Assembly: GCA_947474935.1 (NCBI GenBank)
Contig: CANJKL010000003.1
Location: forward strand, 13,963-77,962
DNA: 64,000 bases
Source of the DNA: Opitutia bacterium
GTDB taxonomy: Bacteria > Verrucomicrobiota > Verrucomicrobiia > Opitutales > Opitutaceae
Direction of reading: 5' to 3'
Below the pieces are notes generated by a model that searched no databases, was not told where the DNA came from, and saw only the letters and a program-made list of their open reading frames with translations. Positions 47,155 to 56,810 of the stretch are shown piece after piece (the first letter of the stretch is position 1; each line of letters starts with the position of its first letter). The translations under genes were made by a program, and so were the position numbers.

Positions 47155-48246
47155 TCAACCCCCAGTTTCCCGATCGAACCGCGGCAAATCCAGCGTTACG
47201 TGCAAGCCGCGGCCATCGGCCCCGGCCTGCGCGAGAAACTGGCCGCCCGCGATTTCCGCCGCGGCGCGAACAATGGCCAGGCCCAGGCCGAGGCCCTGTT
47301 GGTTCTGCCGCGCGCGATCAAATTGCTGGAACGCTCCGACCCGGGCGCACTGCTCCGGCGACATACCCGGCCCCAAGTCCGCGACCTCGATCCGGTAGCG
47401 CCCCGGGTGCGCCACTCCTGTGACCGTTACCGGCGCGCCCGGCTTCGAGAAAATGAACGCATTGGTCACGAGTTCGGCGATCGCCGCACTCAGGTGGGCC
47501 CCGTCCAGCGCCACCGTTCCTTCGGCGAGGCTCACCGTCAGATCGGAGCCACGCTTGAAGCGCTGCACGACGGCGCTGACTCCGCCGGCGATAGCGACGG
47601 ACGCGTCACATCTCGCCCTGTATGCCGCCGGCGACATTTTCATCCGCTCCAGCTCGAAGTAGATTATGATTTTTTTCGACAACTGATATTGCCGCTCGGC
47701 GCCACCGCGGATGATCGCCAGCAGGTCTTTGAGTTCGTCCGGTTTGACCGAATCAATTTCCGACTCGATCAGTTCAAGGCCACCCAGCACGCCCGTGAGT
47801 GGCGTCATCAATTCGTGCGACCACTCGGCCCCTGCCTCGCGACAACGCTCGGCGACCAGGGCCTCGATCCGCGCGCGGAGCGGCTTTTGGCGGCGGATGC
47901 GCGCTTCGATCACCGCGAAAATCTCCTGCTCGGTAAACGGCTTGGTGACGAAATCGTCCGCCCCCAGCGTCATGCCGTGACGCTGGGCCGCCCGGTCGGC
48001 CTTCGCGGTCAAGAACACGAACGGTATGCCGCGGCACTGCGGGAGTTTCTGGATCTCCTCGAAGACCTGATAACCGTCCATTCCGGGCATGCCGATGTCG
48101 CAAAAAATAAAGTCGGGCCCCCGTTCGGCGAGTTTGATGGCTTCCGGGCCGTCGGCGGCGGCCATCACGCTGTGGCCGTTCAGCTCCAGCAATAGACCCA
48201 GTCCCGTGCGGATCGGCTCGTCGTCTTCAATAATCAGGATGTTCAT
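47155..48246 (-). CDS. Hybrid REC-histidine kinase
   Basis: ILIIEDD, FCDIGMP, FVTKP; H-box SHELMTPL; ELVTNA, DLGPG, GLGLGL. ATG 48246 coupled to the upstream stop. Confidence 0.88.
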   Translation of the reverse strand: MNILIIEDDEPIRTGLGLLLELNGHSVMAAADGPEAIKLAERGPDFIFCDIGMPGMDGYQVFEEIQKLPQCRGIPFVFLTAKADRAAQRHGMTLGADDFVTKPFTEQEIFAVIEARIRRQKPLRARIEALVAERCREAGAEWSHELMTPLTGVLGGLELIESEIDSVKPDELKDLLAIIRGGAERQYQLSKKIIIYFELERMKMSPAAYRARCDASVAIAGGVSAVVQRFKRGSDLTVSLAEGTVALDGAHLSAAIAELVTNAFIFSKPGAPVTVTGVAHPGRYRIEVADLGPGMSPEQCARVGAFQQFDRARQNQQGLGLGLAIVRAAAEIAGGQFLAQAGADGRGLHVTLDLPRFDRETGG

Positions 48247-49337
48247 GGTAAAAGGAGGGCGGAATTGGCCTCCGGCGGATGGTCGGCCGGGAGTTCGAAC
48301 CAAAAGCGGGCGCCTGAGCCCGGACGACTCACGACACCGACGTTGCCGCCGAGTTTCTCGGCAATACGACGCACGATGGAGAGGCCGAGCCCGTTGCCTT
48401 TGACGCGCGCGTCGGAAATCCGCGCAAAAGGAACGAACATCCGCGCCTGCTCGGCCTCGTCGAGGCCAGGCCCGTCATCCTCCACCCAAAACCGCACGTG
48501 CCGTCCGTCGGCATTCAAGGCCGCGCCTAGCGTGATTCGCGGCGCCGGGCCGCCGTATTTCGCCGCATTGCTGAGGTAGTTCGCCCAAAGGTGGATGACC
48601 CACGGCCCGTGGCCGAGTGCGGCGGGCCAAACCGCGGGCTGCGCGATCTTCACTTCATGCTTTTCGAGGAGACTGTCGAGTTGCTCAATCGCCTCGGCGA
48701 CGATCAAAGCCATCTCGAGCGGGCGCAAGGCGACGGTCTGTCGCCGCACTCCGGCGAGCACCAGCAATTCGTTGATGATGGTGTTCAGCCGCCGGCCGGA
48801 CTTCCTCGCCTCGTCGACCTGGTGCCGCAGCGTCGCCTTGTCCGCGCTGTCGAGGAGCAGCCCAAGCAGATCGATCCGGCCCAGGAGCGTGGTGAGCGGA
48901 TTCTTGAGATCGTGCGCCACGGTGTGGGAGAACGAATCCAGTTCGTCGAGCAGCTCCTTTTTCTCCAGGCGGGCGGCAATCGAGTGCAACACCTCAGGCT
49001 CGGAAAACGGCTTGGTGATAAAGTCCGCCGCCCCGAGTTCCATCCCGCGCCGCGTGGTCTCGCGGTCCACCCTCGCCGTGATCACGATCACCGGGATCCC
49101 GCGCAGCGTCTCGTCGCCGCGAAATACCTCCAGCAGCTCAAAGCCCGTCAGGCCCGGCATGTTGATGTCCGTCATCACGATCGCCGGCCGCTCGCAGCGG
49201 GCGAGCCGCAATCCTTCCGTTCCATTGGGCGCGACCACCACATGGAAATTGTTCAGTTCAAGCATCTCGGCGAGCGCCTGGCGGATCTGTTCATCGTCCT
49301 CGATGACCAGAATGGTGACGGCAGGGAGTGGGGTCAT
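48243..49337 (-). CDS. Hybrid REC-histidine kinase
   Basis: ILVIEDD, MTDINMP, FITKP; H-box AHDLKNPL; NYLSNAAKY, DDGPG, GNGLGL. Confidence 0.9.
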   Translation of the reverse strand: MTPLPAVTILVIEDDEQIRQALAEMLELNNFHVVVAPNGTEGLRLARCERPAIVMTDINMPGLTGFELLEVFRGDETLRGIPVIVITARVDRETTRRGMELGAADFITKPFSEPEVLHSIAARLEKKELLDELDSFSHTVAHDLKNPLTTLLGRIDLLGLLLDSADKATLRHQVDEARKSGRRLNTIINELLVLAGVRRQTVALRPLEMALIVAEAIEQLDSLLEKHEVKIAQPAVWPAALGHGPWVIHLWANYLSNAAKYGGPAPRITLGAALNADGRHVRFWVEDDGPGLDEAEQARMFVPFARISDARVKGNGLGLSIVRRIAEKLGGNVGVVSRPGSGARFWFELPADHPPEANSALLLP

Positions 49338-52300
49338 GAAGGTGAAGGCGTGTAGCTTGGCAGAATCAGGATGAAGCGGCTGCCGCCGGCCGGCACGGGC
49401 TCGTAGGCAATCGTGCCGCGGAGTATCTCCGTCATGCGCTGCACGATGTTGAGTCCGAGTCCGGTGCCATTGATGCTGCCGACGTTCGAGCCGCGCTCGA
49501 ACGGTTCGAAAATCCGCGCGCGATCGTCCTCCGGGATCCCGATCCCCCGGTCCTCCACCGTCAACCGCACGCGGCCGTGATCCGCCTCTAACGACGTGGC
49601 AATAGTGGTGCCGGCGGGCGAATAGCGCGCCGCGTTACTCAACAGATTGGAGAGAATCTGGCCGAGCAACGCGGGTTCGGTGAAGAACGGCCCGAAGCTT
49701 CCTTCCGCGTGGAATTCAAACCGGTGGGCGGCGTGGTCGCCCGCCTGGACTTCGGTCATCGCAGCTTTGGTGAACGCTATGAGGTCGATCGGCTCGAAAT
49801 TCAGCTTGAGCCCGCCGGCGTCCATCCGGCTCAGCACCAGCACTTCGTCAAGCATGTTAGTCATCCGGCGCATCGAGGTGTTAATGCGGGCGAACAACTC
49901 GGTGCGCTTGGTCGGCGATAACTGCTCCAAGTGGTTGTTCAGCGTGTCGGCCGACAGCATCGCGGCGGCCATCGGCGTGCGAAATTCGTGCGAGGCGACC
50001 GAGATGAACCGGGTCTTCATCGCGGAAACCTGCCGCTCCTTCTCCAGATTCGCGGCGGTTTCAGATTCAAGCTGCATTCGTGCGGTGATGTCTTCGAAAA
50101 TGTAGAACCGCCCGTGATATTCGTCCATCTCGTCGCGAATTTGCGACGTATAGCGGCGGATGGTGCGCCCGTGCGTAAAGGCGATCCTGTCTTCGACGAC
50201 CACGCGGTTTTCCACGTCCTGCAGGGGGGCGCACGAGGCGGCAAAAGCCGGCACGTCAACGAGCATGGGCAGGCAATCCGGAATGATGTCGTTGTTCTTC
50301 AGTTCGCCGCGGCGAATGCCTGCGGCCAGATGAGTGATGCCCCAAAGTTCACAGAAGCGCTCGTTGAATTGCAGGATCGCATCGGTGCGGTTGTCGACCA
50401 CGAGGAAGCCCAGGGGCGACGCGTGGAACATCAACTGCAGCAGCGATTCATCCCGGCGCAGCTTGCTCGCCGCCTGCTTTTCCGCGGTGATATCCCAGTT
50501 GGTGCCGAGCATGCGCAGCGGCCGGCCGGCGGTATCCCGCTGCACGATGGCCAAAGCGCGGATGGCATGCGCGCTGCCGTCCGGCCAGACGATACGGAAC
50601 TCAGTATCGAAATGCTTTTTTCCACTCAACGCCCCCCCGATTTCCTCGTCAGCCCGTTGCCGATCGGCGGGGTGGAGTCTATCCAGCCAGTTATCGTAGC
50701 TGCTGTTGGATGCGTGCTCCCCCGTCAGCCCATAAAGGCGCATCATCTGCTCGTCCCACGTCAATTTGCTTTCGCCCACGATGTAGTCCCAAATCCCCAC
50801 CCCGCCAGCTCGGGCAGCCAAATTGAGCCGATCGCTAGACTCCGTCCCTGCCGCCGTCATGCGCTCAAGCTGCAGATTCGCTTCCTGTTCAGGACCCAAA
50901 TTCCTCGCGACCATGAAGACGCAATCGCGCCCGTCCCACTGGCCGAACCACAGGCGCGTGTCGACGGGCACCGCATCGCGGTCTTTGCGCAGGAGCGGCA
51001 GGGTGGAATGGTTTCGCTCACCCCGGAACACCGCGGCCCAAATCGCCTCGGCTTCCGGCCGGAGGTCCGCCGGGTGTATCGCGAACAGGTTCATTGCACC
51101 CAGTTCTGCTTCGCTGTAGCCGAGCGTCTCTGCAGCCGCCCGATTGGCCGCGATCAGTTTCCCGTCCGTGCTTCCGACGAAGACCATGTCGTTGATGGTT
51201 TCGAAAAAGGCCCGGAAATTGTTCAGATTCTCGTTCGTCGCCCGCTCCTGGGCGTGCCGCGCGGTGACGTCGGTGTCGGAACCGGTATAGCCCAGCAGGC
51301 TGCCATCGGCGGCCAACTCCGCCTCGCCGGTGGTGGAGAGCCAAAGTGCGCGACCATCCTTGCCCTGCGCGGCGGAGATCCGTTCCACGAACGGTTCCCG
51401 TCGTCCGAAGATCGCCAGGCTGGAAGCCTTGAACTCCTCCCGTCCGCCGCTCGGATGCAGGTCGTAAAAATACATCCGGCCGACCAATTCGTCCGGCCGG
51501 TAGCCCAGCACTCGTTCTGCGAGCGGGCTGACGTAGGTGTAGAGGCCGTGGGCGTCCACCTGCCACACAAAGGTGCCGGTCTGCTCGGCGAGTCGGACGA
51601 AGCGCGCCTCACTCGCTTGCAGATCCAATTGCAGCTTCTTGCTCTCCGATACGTCCTGTTGGATCGCCACATAATGCGAGATGTGCCCGCTCGGGTCCCG
51701 GAGCGGGGAAATCGCCGCCGTCTCCCAAAAAATCTCGCCATTCTTTTTCCGACTCTGGAACTCCCCGCGCCAACTCCCCCCGGCACTGAGGGCCAGCGAC
51801 AGTTTCTTATCGAGTTCCGCCCGCGTGGGGCCCGGGTTGAGGGTGCGGGCGTTTTCCCCGAGCACCTCCGAGCTCCAAAAGCCGGTCACGCGCGTGAACT
51901 CGGAATTCACGTATTCAATCGTCCCATTCCGGTCCGTGACGATAATCGAGGAGTTCGACTGTTCGACCACCTGATTGGCACGGTAGAGGCGAGATTCCAC
52001 CTCCTTGAGTCGGGTGATGTCGCGCCCGCTGACCCGCAGTCCGAGGGACCGGCCGACGCTATCAAAAATCGGTTGCCACGACAGACTCAACCAGAAGTGC
52101 GTGCGGTCTTTGTGGTAGCACTGAATTTCCCGCGCGCTGTCCGATCCGCCGAGCACGACACCCCGGCCGAGCGCGGCGAGGGTTTCGGCGCTGGCGCCGT
52201 CCGCGATGGCGATCGATCCGATAAAATCCGGCTGTCCCATGACCGAGGCGACCGAGTAACCGGTGATGCGCTCCACGCTTGGGCTCACCCACAAAATCTT

Positions 52301-53473
52301 TTTATCAAGGCCGAACCACAATTCAAGATCCACGGTGTAATCGGCGATCGCGCGAAACTTTTCCTCTCTCGACCTCAGTTCCGCGGTCAGCCGCCAAGCT
52401 ATTCTCTCCGCCTTCAACCGCGTGTTGAAGAGGGAAGAAACAAGCCCGGCCAAAAGCAGACTCCCGGCGACCCCGCCCACCAGCGAGCCCCAAACACGGC
52501 CGTCGAGCAGCGCGGGGTTGGCCCGGGTGAAGCTCAAGGTCCAGATGTGCCCCGCGAACTTTATTGGGACTTTCTGTGTCCGGTTCGTCCCTCCGTCCTT
52601 GGGCCGGGGATCGCGCGCCGCACTGTCGTGGAGCAACACAGTGCGAGCGGCCACGGCGCCGTCGAAAACCTCCAGACGCATGGTTCGGCCATCGGGGCGC
52701 AGGAGCCTGGGCCAGATCGCCTGCATCAAATCATCCATCCGGTAGGGGCTGCAGACCCAACCCAGCAGTGCGGCACGCCGTTCGCCGACCGACCGCGTCG
52801 ACTCATTCCGCCGGTATACCGGTACATACATCAACGTGCCGGTTTGGATGTCTTGCCCCGTCTCCTGCACGAGGACGACCGCGCCCGAAAGAGCCGTGGC
52901 ATTCTGGTCACGAGCCCGTTCCATCGCCTCTCTACGAACCGGTTCGCTCAGCATGTCGTAGCCAAGGGCCCGGAGATTCCGATTGGTGAACGGTTCGATG
53001 TAGGTGATCGGCGAGTAGGTCTCCCGGTCGCCCGCCGGTTTGATCTGATAGTTGGGAAATCCATCGGCACGGAGCGCCTCCACGTGACGCGGCAGATCCG
53101 CCCGGGCAATCACCGGCGCAAAATCCACGCCCTGAATACCCGACCACAGCGGGCGCGTCTGGGTCTGATCGGCGATATAACGACGCCATTCGTCGCGCGT
53201 GCTCAACTCCGCGCCGCGGTTGATAAACGTCGCCGCGCCTTGCAGGACTGCTTCGCAGTCACGGAGTCGCGCCAACACCGCGTCCTCGATTGCTTTGTAC
53301 TGGAGTTCGAAATCGCGCCGGTCAGTCTCATCCACCGACGACTGGATTAAATTGGCGATTATGGCGGTGACGAGCAGCCCGGCCAGAAAAACGGCCAAGC
53401 TCAGGAAAAGCCGGCTACGGCGCGTGCGCATCTGAGGGTCTATCGGCGCATTCGCGAACGAGTTCATGGACAT
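49334..53473 (-). CDS. Membrane sensor histidine kinase: TM-CHASE-TM, six PAS/PAC domains, HisKA-HATPase
   Basis: CHASE motifs YIEP...N.RALGYDM...RREAMERARD; six PAS-like units (ending DITRLK, DVSESK, DVTARH, RNL, WDITAEK, EDITARM); H-box SHEFRTPM; NLLSNAARY, GTGLGL. Confidence 0.9.
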   Translation of the reverse strand: MSMNSFANAPIDPQMRTRRSRLFLSLAVFLAGLLVTAIIANLIQSSVDETDRRDFELQYKAIEDAVLARLRDCEAVLQGAATFINRGAELSTRDEWRRYIADQTQTRPLWSGIQGVDFAPVIARADLPRHVEALRADGFPNYQIKPAGDRETYSPITYIEPFTNRNLRALGYDMLSEPVRREAMERARDQNATALSGAVVLVQETGQDIQTGTLMYVPVYRRNESTRSVGERRAALLGWVCSPYRMDDLMQAIWPRLLRPDGRTMRLEVFDGAVAARTVLLHDSAARDPRPKDGGTNRTQKVPIKFAGHIWTLSFTRANPALLDGRVWGSLVGGVAGSLLLAGLVSSLFNTRLKAERIAWRLTAELRSREEKFRAIADYTVDLELWFGLDKKILWVSPSVERITGYSVASVMGQPDFIGSIAIADGASAETLAALGRGVVLGGSDSAREIQCYHKDRTHFWLSLSWQPIFDSVGRSLGLRVSGRDITRLKEVESRLYRANQVVEQSNSSIIVTDRNGTIEYVNSEFTRVTGFWSSEVLGENARTLNPGPTRAELDKKLSLALSAGGSWRGEFQSRKKNGEIFWETAAISPLRDPSGHISHYVAIQQDVSESKKLQLDLQASEARFVRLAEQTGTFVWQVDAHGLYTYVSPLAERVLGYRPDELVGRMYFYDLHPSGGREEFKASSLAIFGRREPFVERISAAQGKDGRALWLSTTGEAELAADGSLLGYTGSDTDVTARHAQERATNENLNNFRAFFETINDMVFVGSTDGKLIAANRAAAETLGYSEAELGAMNLFAIHPADLRPEAEAIWAAVFRGERNHSTLPLLRKDRDAVPVDTRLWFGQWDGRDCVFMVARNLGPEQEANLQLERMTAAGTESSDRLNLAARAGGVGIWDYIVGESKLTWDEQMMRLYGLTGEHASNSSYDNWLDRLHPADRQRADEEIGGALSGKKHFDTEFRIVWPDGSAHAIRALAIVQRDTAGRPLRMLGTNWDITAEKQAASKLRRDESLLQLMFHASPLGFLVVDNRTDAILQFNERFCELWGITHLAAGIRRGELKNNDIIPDCLPMLVDVPAFAASCAPLQDVENRVVVEDRIAFTHGRTIRRYTSQIRDEMDEYHGRFYIFEDITARMQLESETAANLEKERQVSAMKTRFISVASHEFRTPMAAAMLSADTLNNHLEQLSPTKRTELFARINTSMRRMTNMLDEVLVLSRMDAGGLKLNFEPIDLIAFTKAAMTEVQAGDHAAHRFEFHAEGSFGPFFTEPALLGQILSNLLSNAARYSPAGTTIATSLEADHGRVRLTVEDRGIGIPEDDRARIFEPFERGSNVGSINGTGLGLNIVQRMTEILRGTIAYEPVPAGGSRFILILPSYTPSPS

Positions 53474-53747
53474 TCCCCGTCTTTCGGCGAGTCGCCGTCG
53501 ACCCGGACGGCGTGATCGCCCTCATTGCCTCGCAACTCGCCTTCTACCATGCACGGCGACGGCGATCGGGAAATCCAATGCCGTGATGAAAGAGCTGGAT
53601 TCGCCGTCAGCTGCATGGGTGATGGGTTCGGGCCGGTGTTCGGGAGGCAGCCCCGGACCAAGAATTTAAACCGCGGCAGGGGCCCGCACTACAGTGTATC
53701 TTACGATTAATGACAAATTATGTGGTCTGATGCAACCGCTCCGCCGG

Positions 53748-54602
53748 CTAATGGCGCGCGATCTGCCCCGCGAAGAAATAACCAACCCCGTGGTGCGTGA
53801 GAATCGGGGGCCGCAACAGGGTTTCTGCGGAGATGCGGTGGCGGGTGCGATGGATCAACGTCTCAAGCGCCCGCTCGGCACTGCTGTTTTCACTCTGATA
53901 GAGCTCGGCTAGCAGGTGGGCCCGGGTGACCGTGCCGTTCTGCGTCATCAGCAGGCTGAGCAACTTGAATTCCATCGTGGTCAACTCCAAGACCGCGCCT
54001 TTCGGTGTCCGCAATCTGCGCTCCGTCGTCAACAATGTCCAAACCGGGGTGCTTTCGGCGAACAGAGTTGGCAGCGCAACCGCGTTCTGTTTTTCCAGTT
54101 TGCGCAGCACCAGATTGCTGATCGCCGCGGTCAATTCGCTAAAATCCAACGGTTTGCTGAAGAACAGATCCGCGCCGGCCTGAAACGCATCGATCCGGGC
54201 TTCCACTCGGTCCTGCGCCGTCACGACGACGATCCCGCTCGCGGTATTCCGGCGGGTGTATTCGACGAGGATTTCCCCCGCCTGATCCGGCAAGCCCATG
54301 TCAATCACTGCGATGGTAAAGGCGCGGCTGGCGAGCTCCTGGTAATAGGCGAGCCCGCTGCTCACGGCGGTGACCGCAAAACCCATGTGCTGTAAGAACG
54401 CCGTGAGCGTGTGGCGTTCGGCCTCACCGTCCTCCACCAGAGCTGCGCTCGCGCCCTCACCTAGCCTCTTGGTAAGGTCGGATGTCTGTAAGTGTATCGG
54501 GGATTCGCGGAGTGCGGACAAGGTGACATTAAGTTCAGATTTCCGCTCGGATGGCCATTTTTTTCCGGACTCGGAATTCGCCCGGCCGCGATGCATCCTC
54601 AA
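53748..54602 (-). CDS. OmpR-family response regulator (true start likely downstream of 54602)
   Basis: ALVED, VIDMGLPD, FFSKP; wHTH LTTMEFKLL..L, ALETLIHRTR, THHGVGY. Confidence 0.8.
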   Translation of the reverse strand: MRMHRGRANSESGKKWPSERKSELNVTLSALRESPIHLQTSDLTKRLGEGASAALVEDGEAERHTLTAFLQHMGFAVTAVSSGLAYYQELASRAFTIAVIDMGLPDQAGEILVEYTRRNTASGIVVVTAQDRVEARIDAFQAGADLFFSKPLDFSELTAAISNLVLRKLEKQNAVALPTLFAESTPVWTLLTTERRLRTPKGAVLELTTMEFKLLSLLMTQNGTVTRAHLLAELYQSENSSAERALETLIHRTRHRISAETLLRPPILTHHGVGYFFAGQIARH

Positions 54603-54716
54603 TCACGGTCGCGGGCGACCCCTCAACATCCTGGAAACTCTGAAAAATGCGTTCTGCCGTAAATTCTCGTGCGCTCTTGAGGAGTTTGAACGGCGGGCGT
54701 TGATGGAGGCGCTTTA

Positions 54717-55435
54717 GCGCCTATCCGAATAACCCGTGCTTGTCCGGCGATGATAGTGGCGCAGGCGAGGTGAAGCATGGCTTCGGAGTTGGCGGCTTGC
54801 TTTTCCCAGCGCACCAAGAGGCGGCGGAAGCGGTTGAGCCAGGAGTGGGTGGGTTCGACGACCCAGCGGCGGGCGGGACCGCCGCACGACCAAGCCGGCC
54901 AGGCTTTCGGCCAGCAAGCGATGGTCGTTACGGTTGGCCCCGGCCACCGTCACCCCGACGGGCGCGTCCGCGGCTTCCCGTGACGACGCTGTGGTTTACC
55001 CCGCTTTTTTCCCCACGGCGGCCAGGGGCGCCTTGGTCATGCTCCCGTCCACGCTCCACCCCGCCCAGTCCAGGCCGCGGAGTTCATCATACTCGCCCAG
55101 CAGCGCCGCCCACAGCTGCTGCCAGACTCCGGCCTGCACCCACTCTGTGAACCGGTCGTACGCGGTGCTGTGCGGACGGATCCCCGTCGCGTTCAGCGCC
55201 TCCCACTGGCATCCCGTGCGCAGCACGAAGAAGCTCCCCTCCATGTAATCCCGATCCGGGCAGCGCGGCCGGCCACCGCCCTGCGGATGCGGACTATGAT
55301 GTTTGGGCAGGAGCGGCTCCAACCGCCCGACAGTTCGTCCGGCAAGCGGCAGCCCAATTTCTTTTTCGCCATCCTCCATCCTTGGGCGCACCGGAAAACT
55401 TTGAGCACTCTAAACTGGCTTATTCGGATAGGCTC
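54717..55435 (-). mobile_element. Degenerate IS5-family element (719 bp) with terminal inverted repeats and TTA target duplication
   Basis: IRs GCGCCTATCCGAATAACCC (54717-54735) and GGCTTATTCGGATAGGCTC (55417-55435), 17/19 complementary; TTA on both flanks. Transposase pieces GGRPR, FVLRTGCQW, VDGSMTKAPL, GANRND and THSWLNRFRRLLVRWEK, with frameshifts and an internal deletion. Confidence 0.88.
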
Positions 55436-56722
55436 TTAGCCAAACAATGCCGTGATCGGCTTGCCGCCGTCGGTGATCGGCACGGGGCGCGAGCCGTTGA
55501 AAAGTTCCTTCGCCGGATTGATTCCCATCGCGGCGTAAATCGTCGCGTGGAAGTCCGGCACGGAAACCGGATTTTCGACCGGCTTGTTGGAAAGCGCGTC
55601 GCTGACGCCATACGCTCCGCGGTGTTTCAATCCGCCGCCGGCCAGCACGAGTGAAAACAAAGCCGACTGGTGTCCGCGACCGCCGCCGCCGTCGAATTGC
55701 CCCGGCCGGCCGAATTCCGTGCCGATGGCGATCAGGGTCCGGTCGAGGAGGTGCTTCTCCTCGAGGTCGCTGATCAGGGCGGAGAGTGCGGTATCGAGTT
55801 CCCGGATAAGTACGTGCTGGTTGAGCTGGCCGGCGTTGTGCGTGTCCCAGCCCGCGCCGTTGATGAAATTCAGGTTGTGCGACACCTCGATGAAGCGGAC
55901 GCCGGTTTCCACCAGCCGGCGGGCGAGCAGGCAGCGCTGGCCGAACTCTCCGCCGTAGCGTTGGCGCACGGCCGCCGGTTCCTCGGCGAGCTTGAAAGTG
56001 CGCATGAAGCCGGGGCCGGCGAGCCGCAGCGCCGCGCGTTGCGCTTCCTCGTAGTCGGCGAGCACGGCTTCGCCGGCGGCGCGGCCCTGCATCGGAACGA
56101 GTAATTTCTGGCGGGCGGCGGCGCGTCCGGCGTCGATGCCCTCCGGCGGCGTGAATCCCGCGGGGCCGGTCTCGGTGTCGACGAGATAAATATAGCCGTG
56201 TTTCGCGCCGAGAAAGCCGGGGCCGCGGCTCACGCTGGGATAGCCGATCATCAGGTAAGCTGGCACGCGGTCCGTCACGGCGCCGCGCTCGTGCACGATG
56301 ACGGAGCCGAGCGACGGGTAAACCGTACTGCCGCTGACCGGTCGGCCGGTGTGCACAAAATTCGTCGCGAGCGCATGCTCGATCCCGAGCTTGTGATTCA
56401 CGGTGCGAACCGCCGTGACCCGCTCCGCGAGTCGGGCGGTTTGCGCGAGGTGCTCCGTGTAGCGGACCCCGGGCACCGCGGTGTCGATGATATCGTAGTC
56501 GGTGCCGGAGGCGCGCGGCGTTGCCTTCGAATTGCCGCGCTTCTTCGGATCGAAGGTGTCGATCTGCGACATCCCGCCGCCCAGCCAGATGAAGATGCAA
56601 TGCTCGGCCTTGCCCTTGGGCCAGGCGGGCGGGCGCGTCGCGTCGCTCGCCCGCAACCCGCCGGGAAGCGTGGCCGCGGCCGCGGCGGTGGAAACGTGGG
56701 TGAGGAAGGCCCGGCGGTTCAT
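55436..56722 (-). CDS. DUF1501-family Tat-exported protein
   Basis: MNRRAFL Tat motif; [57 protein letters not shown]. Confidence 0.9.
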   Translation of the reverse strand: MNRRAFLTHVSTAAAAATLPGGLRASDATRPPAWPKGKAEHCIFIWLGGGMSQIDTFDPKKRGNSKATPRASGTDYDIIDTAVPGVRYTEHLAQTARLAERVTAVRTVNHKLGIEHALATNFVHTGRPVSGSTVYPSLGSVIVHERGAVTDRVPAYLMIGYPSVSRGPGFLGAKHGYIYLVDTETGPAGFTPPEGIDAGRAAARQKLLVPMQGRAAGEAVLADYEEAQRAALRLAGPGFMRTFKLAEEPAAVRQRYGGEFGQRCLLARRLVETGVRFIEVSHNLNFINGAGWDTHNAGQLNQHVLIRELDTALSALISDLEEKHLLDRTLIAIGTEFGRPGQFDGGGGRGHQSALFSLVLAGGGLKHRGAYGVSDALSNKPVENPVSVPDFHATIYAAMGINPAKELFNGSRPVPITDGGKPITALFG

Positions 56723-56810
56723 GGGAAAGCGGAAAGTTCCTGAAGGCAGAGAGCGGCGATGACGACGGTTAAATGCTCGTTCAGGAGAGGCGAGGGTGGG
56801 GCACTTGTTT

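Noticed and set aside
53474-53747. Small ORFs between the OmpR regulator and the CHASE kinase
   Set aside because: No recognisable motifs in any frame; treated as intergenic.
55133-55142. CCTGCACCCA, identical to the last 10 nt of the tRNA, as a possible attR
   Set aside because: Short, and inside IS5 transposase codons (WVQA); no integrase nearby, so chance is likely.
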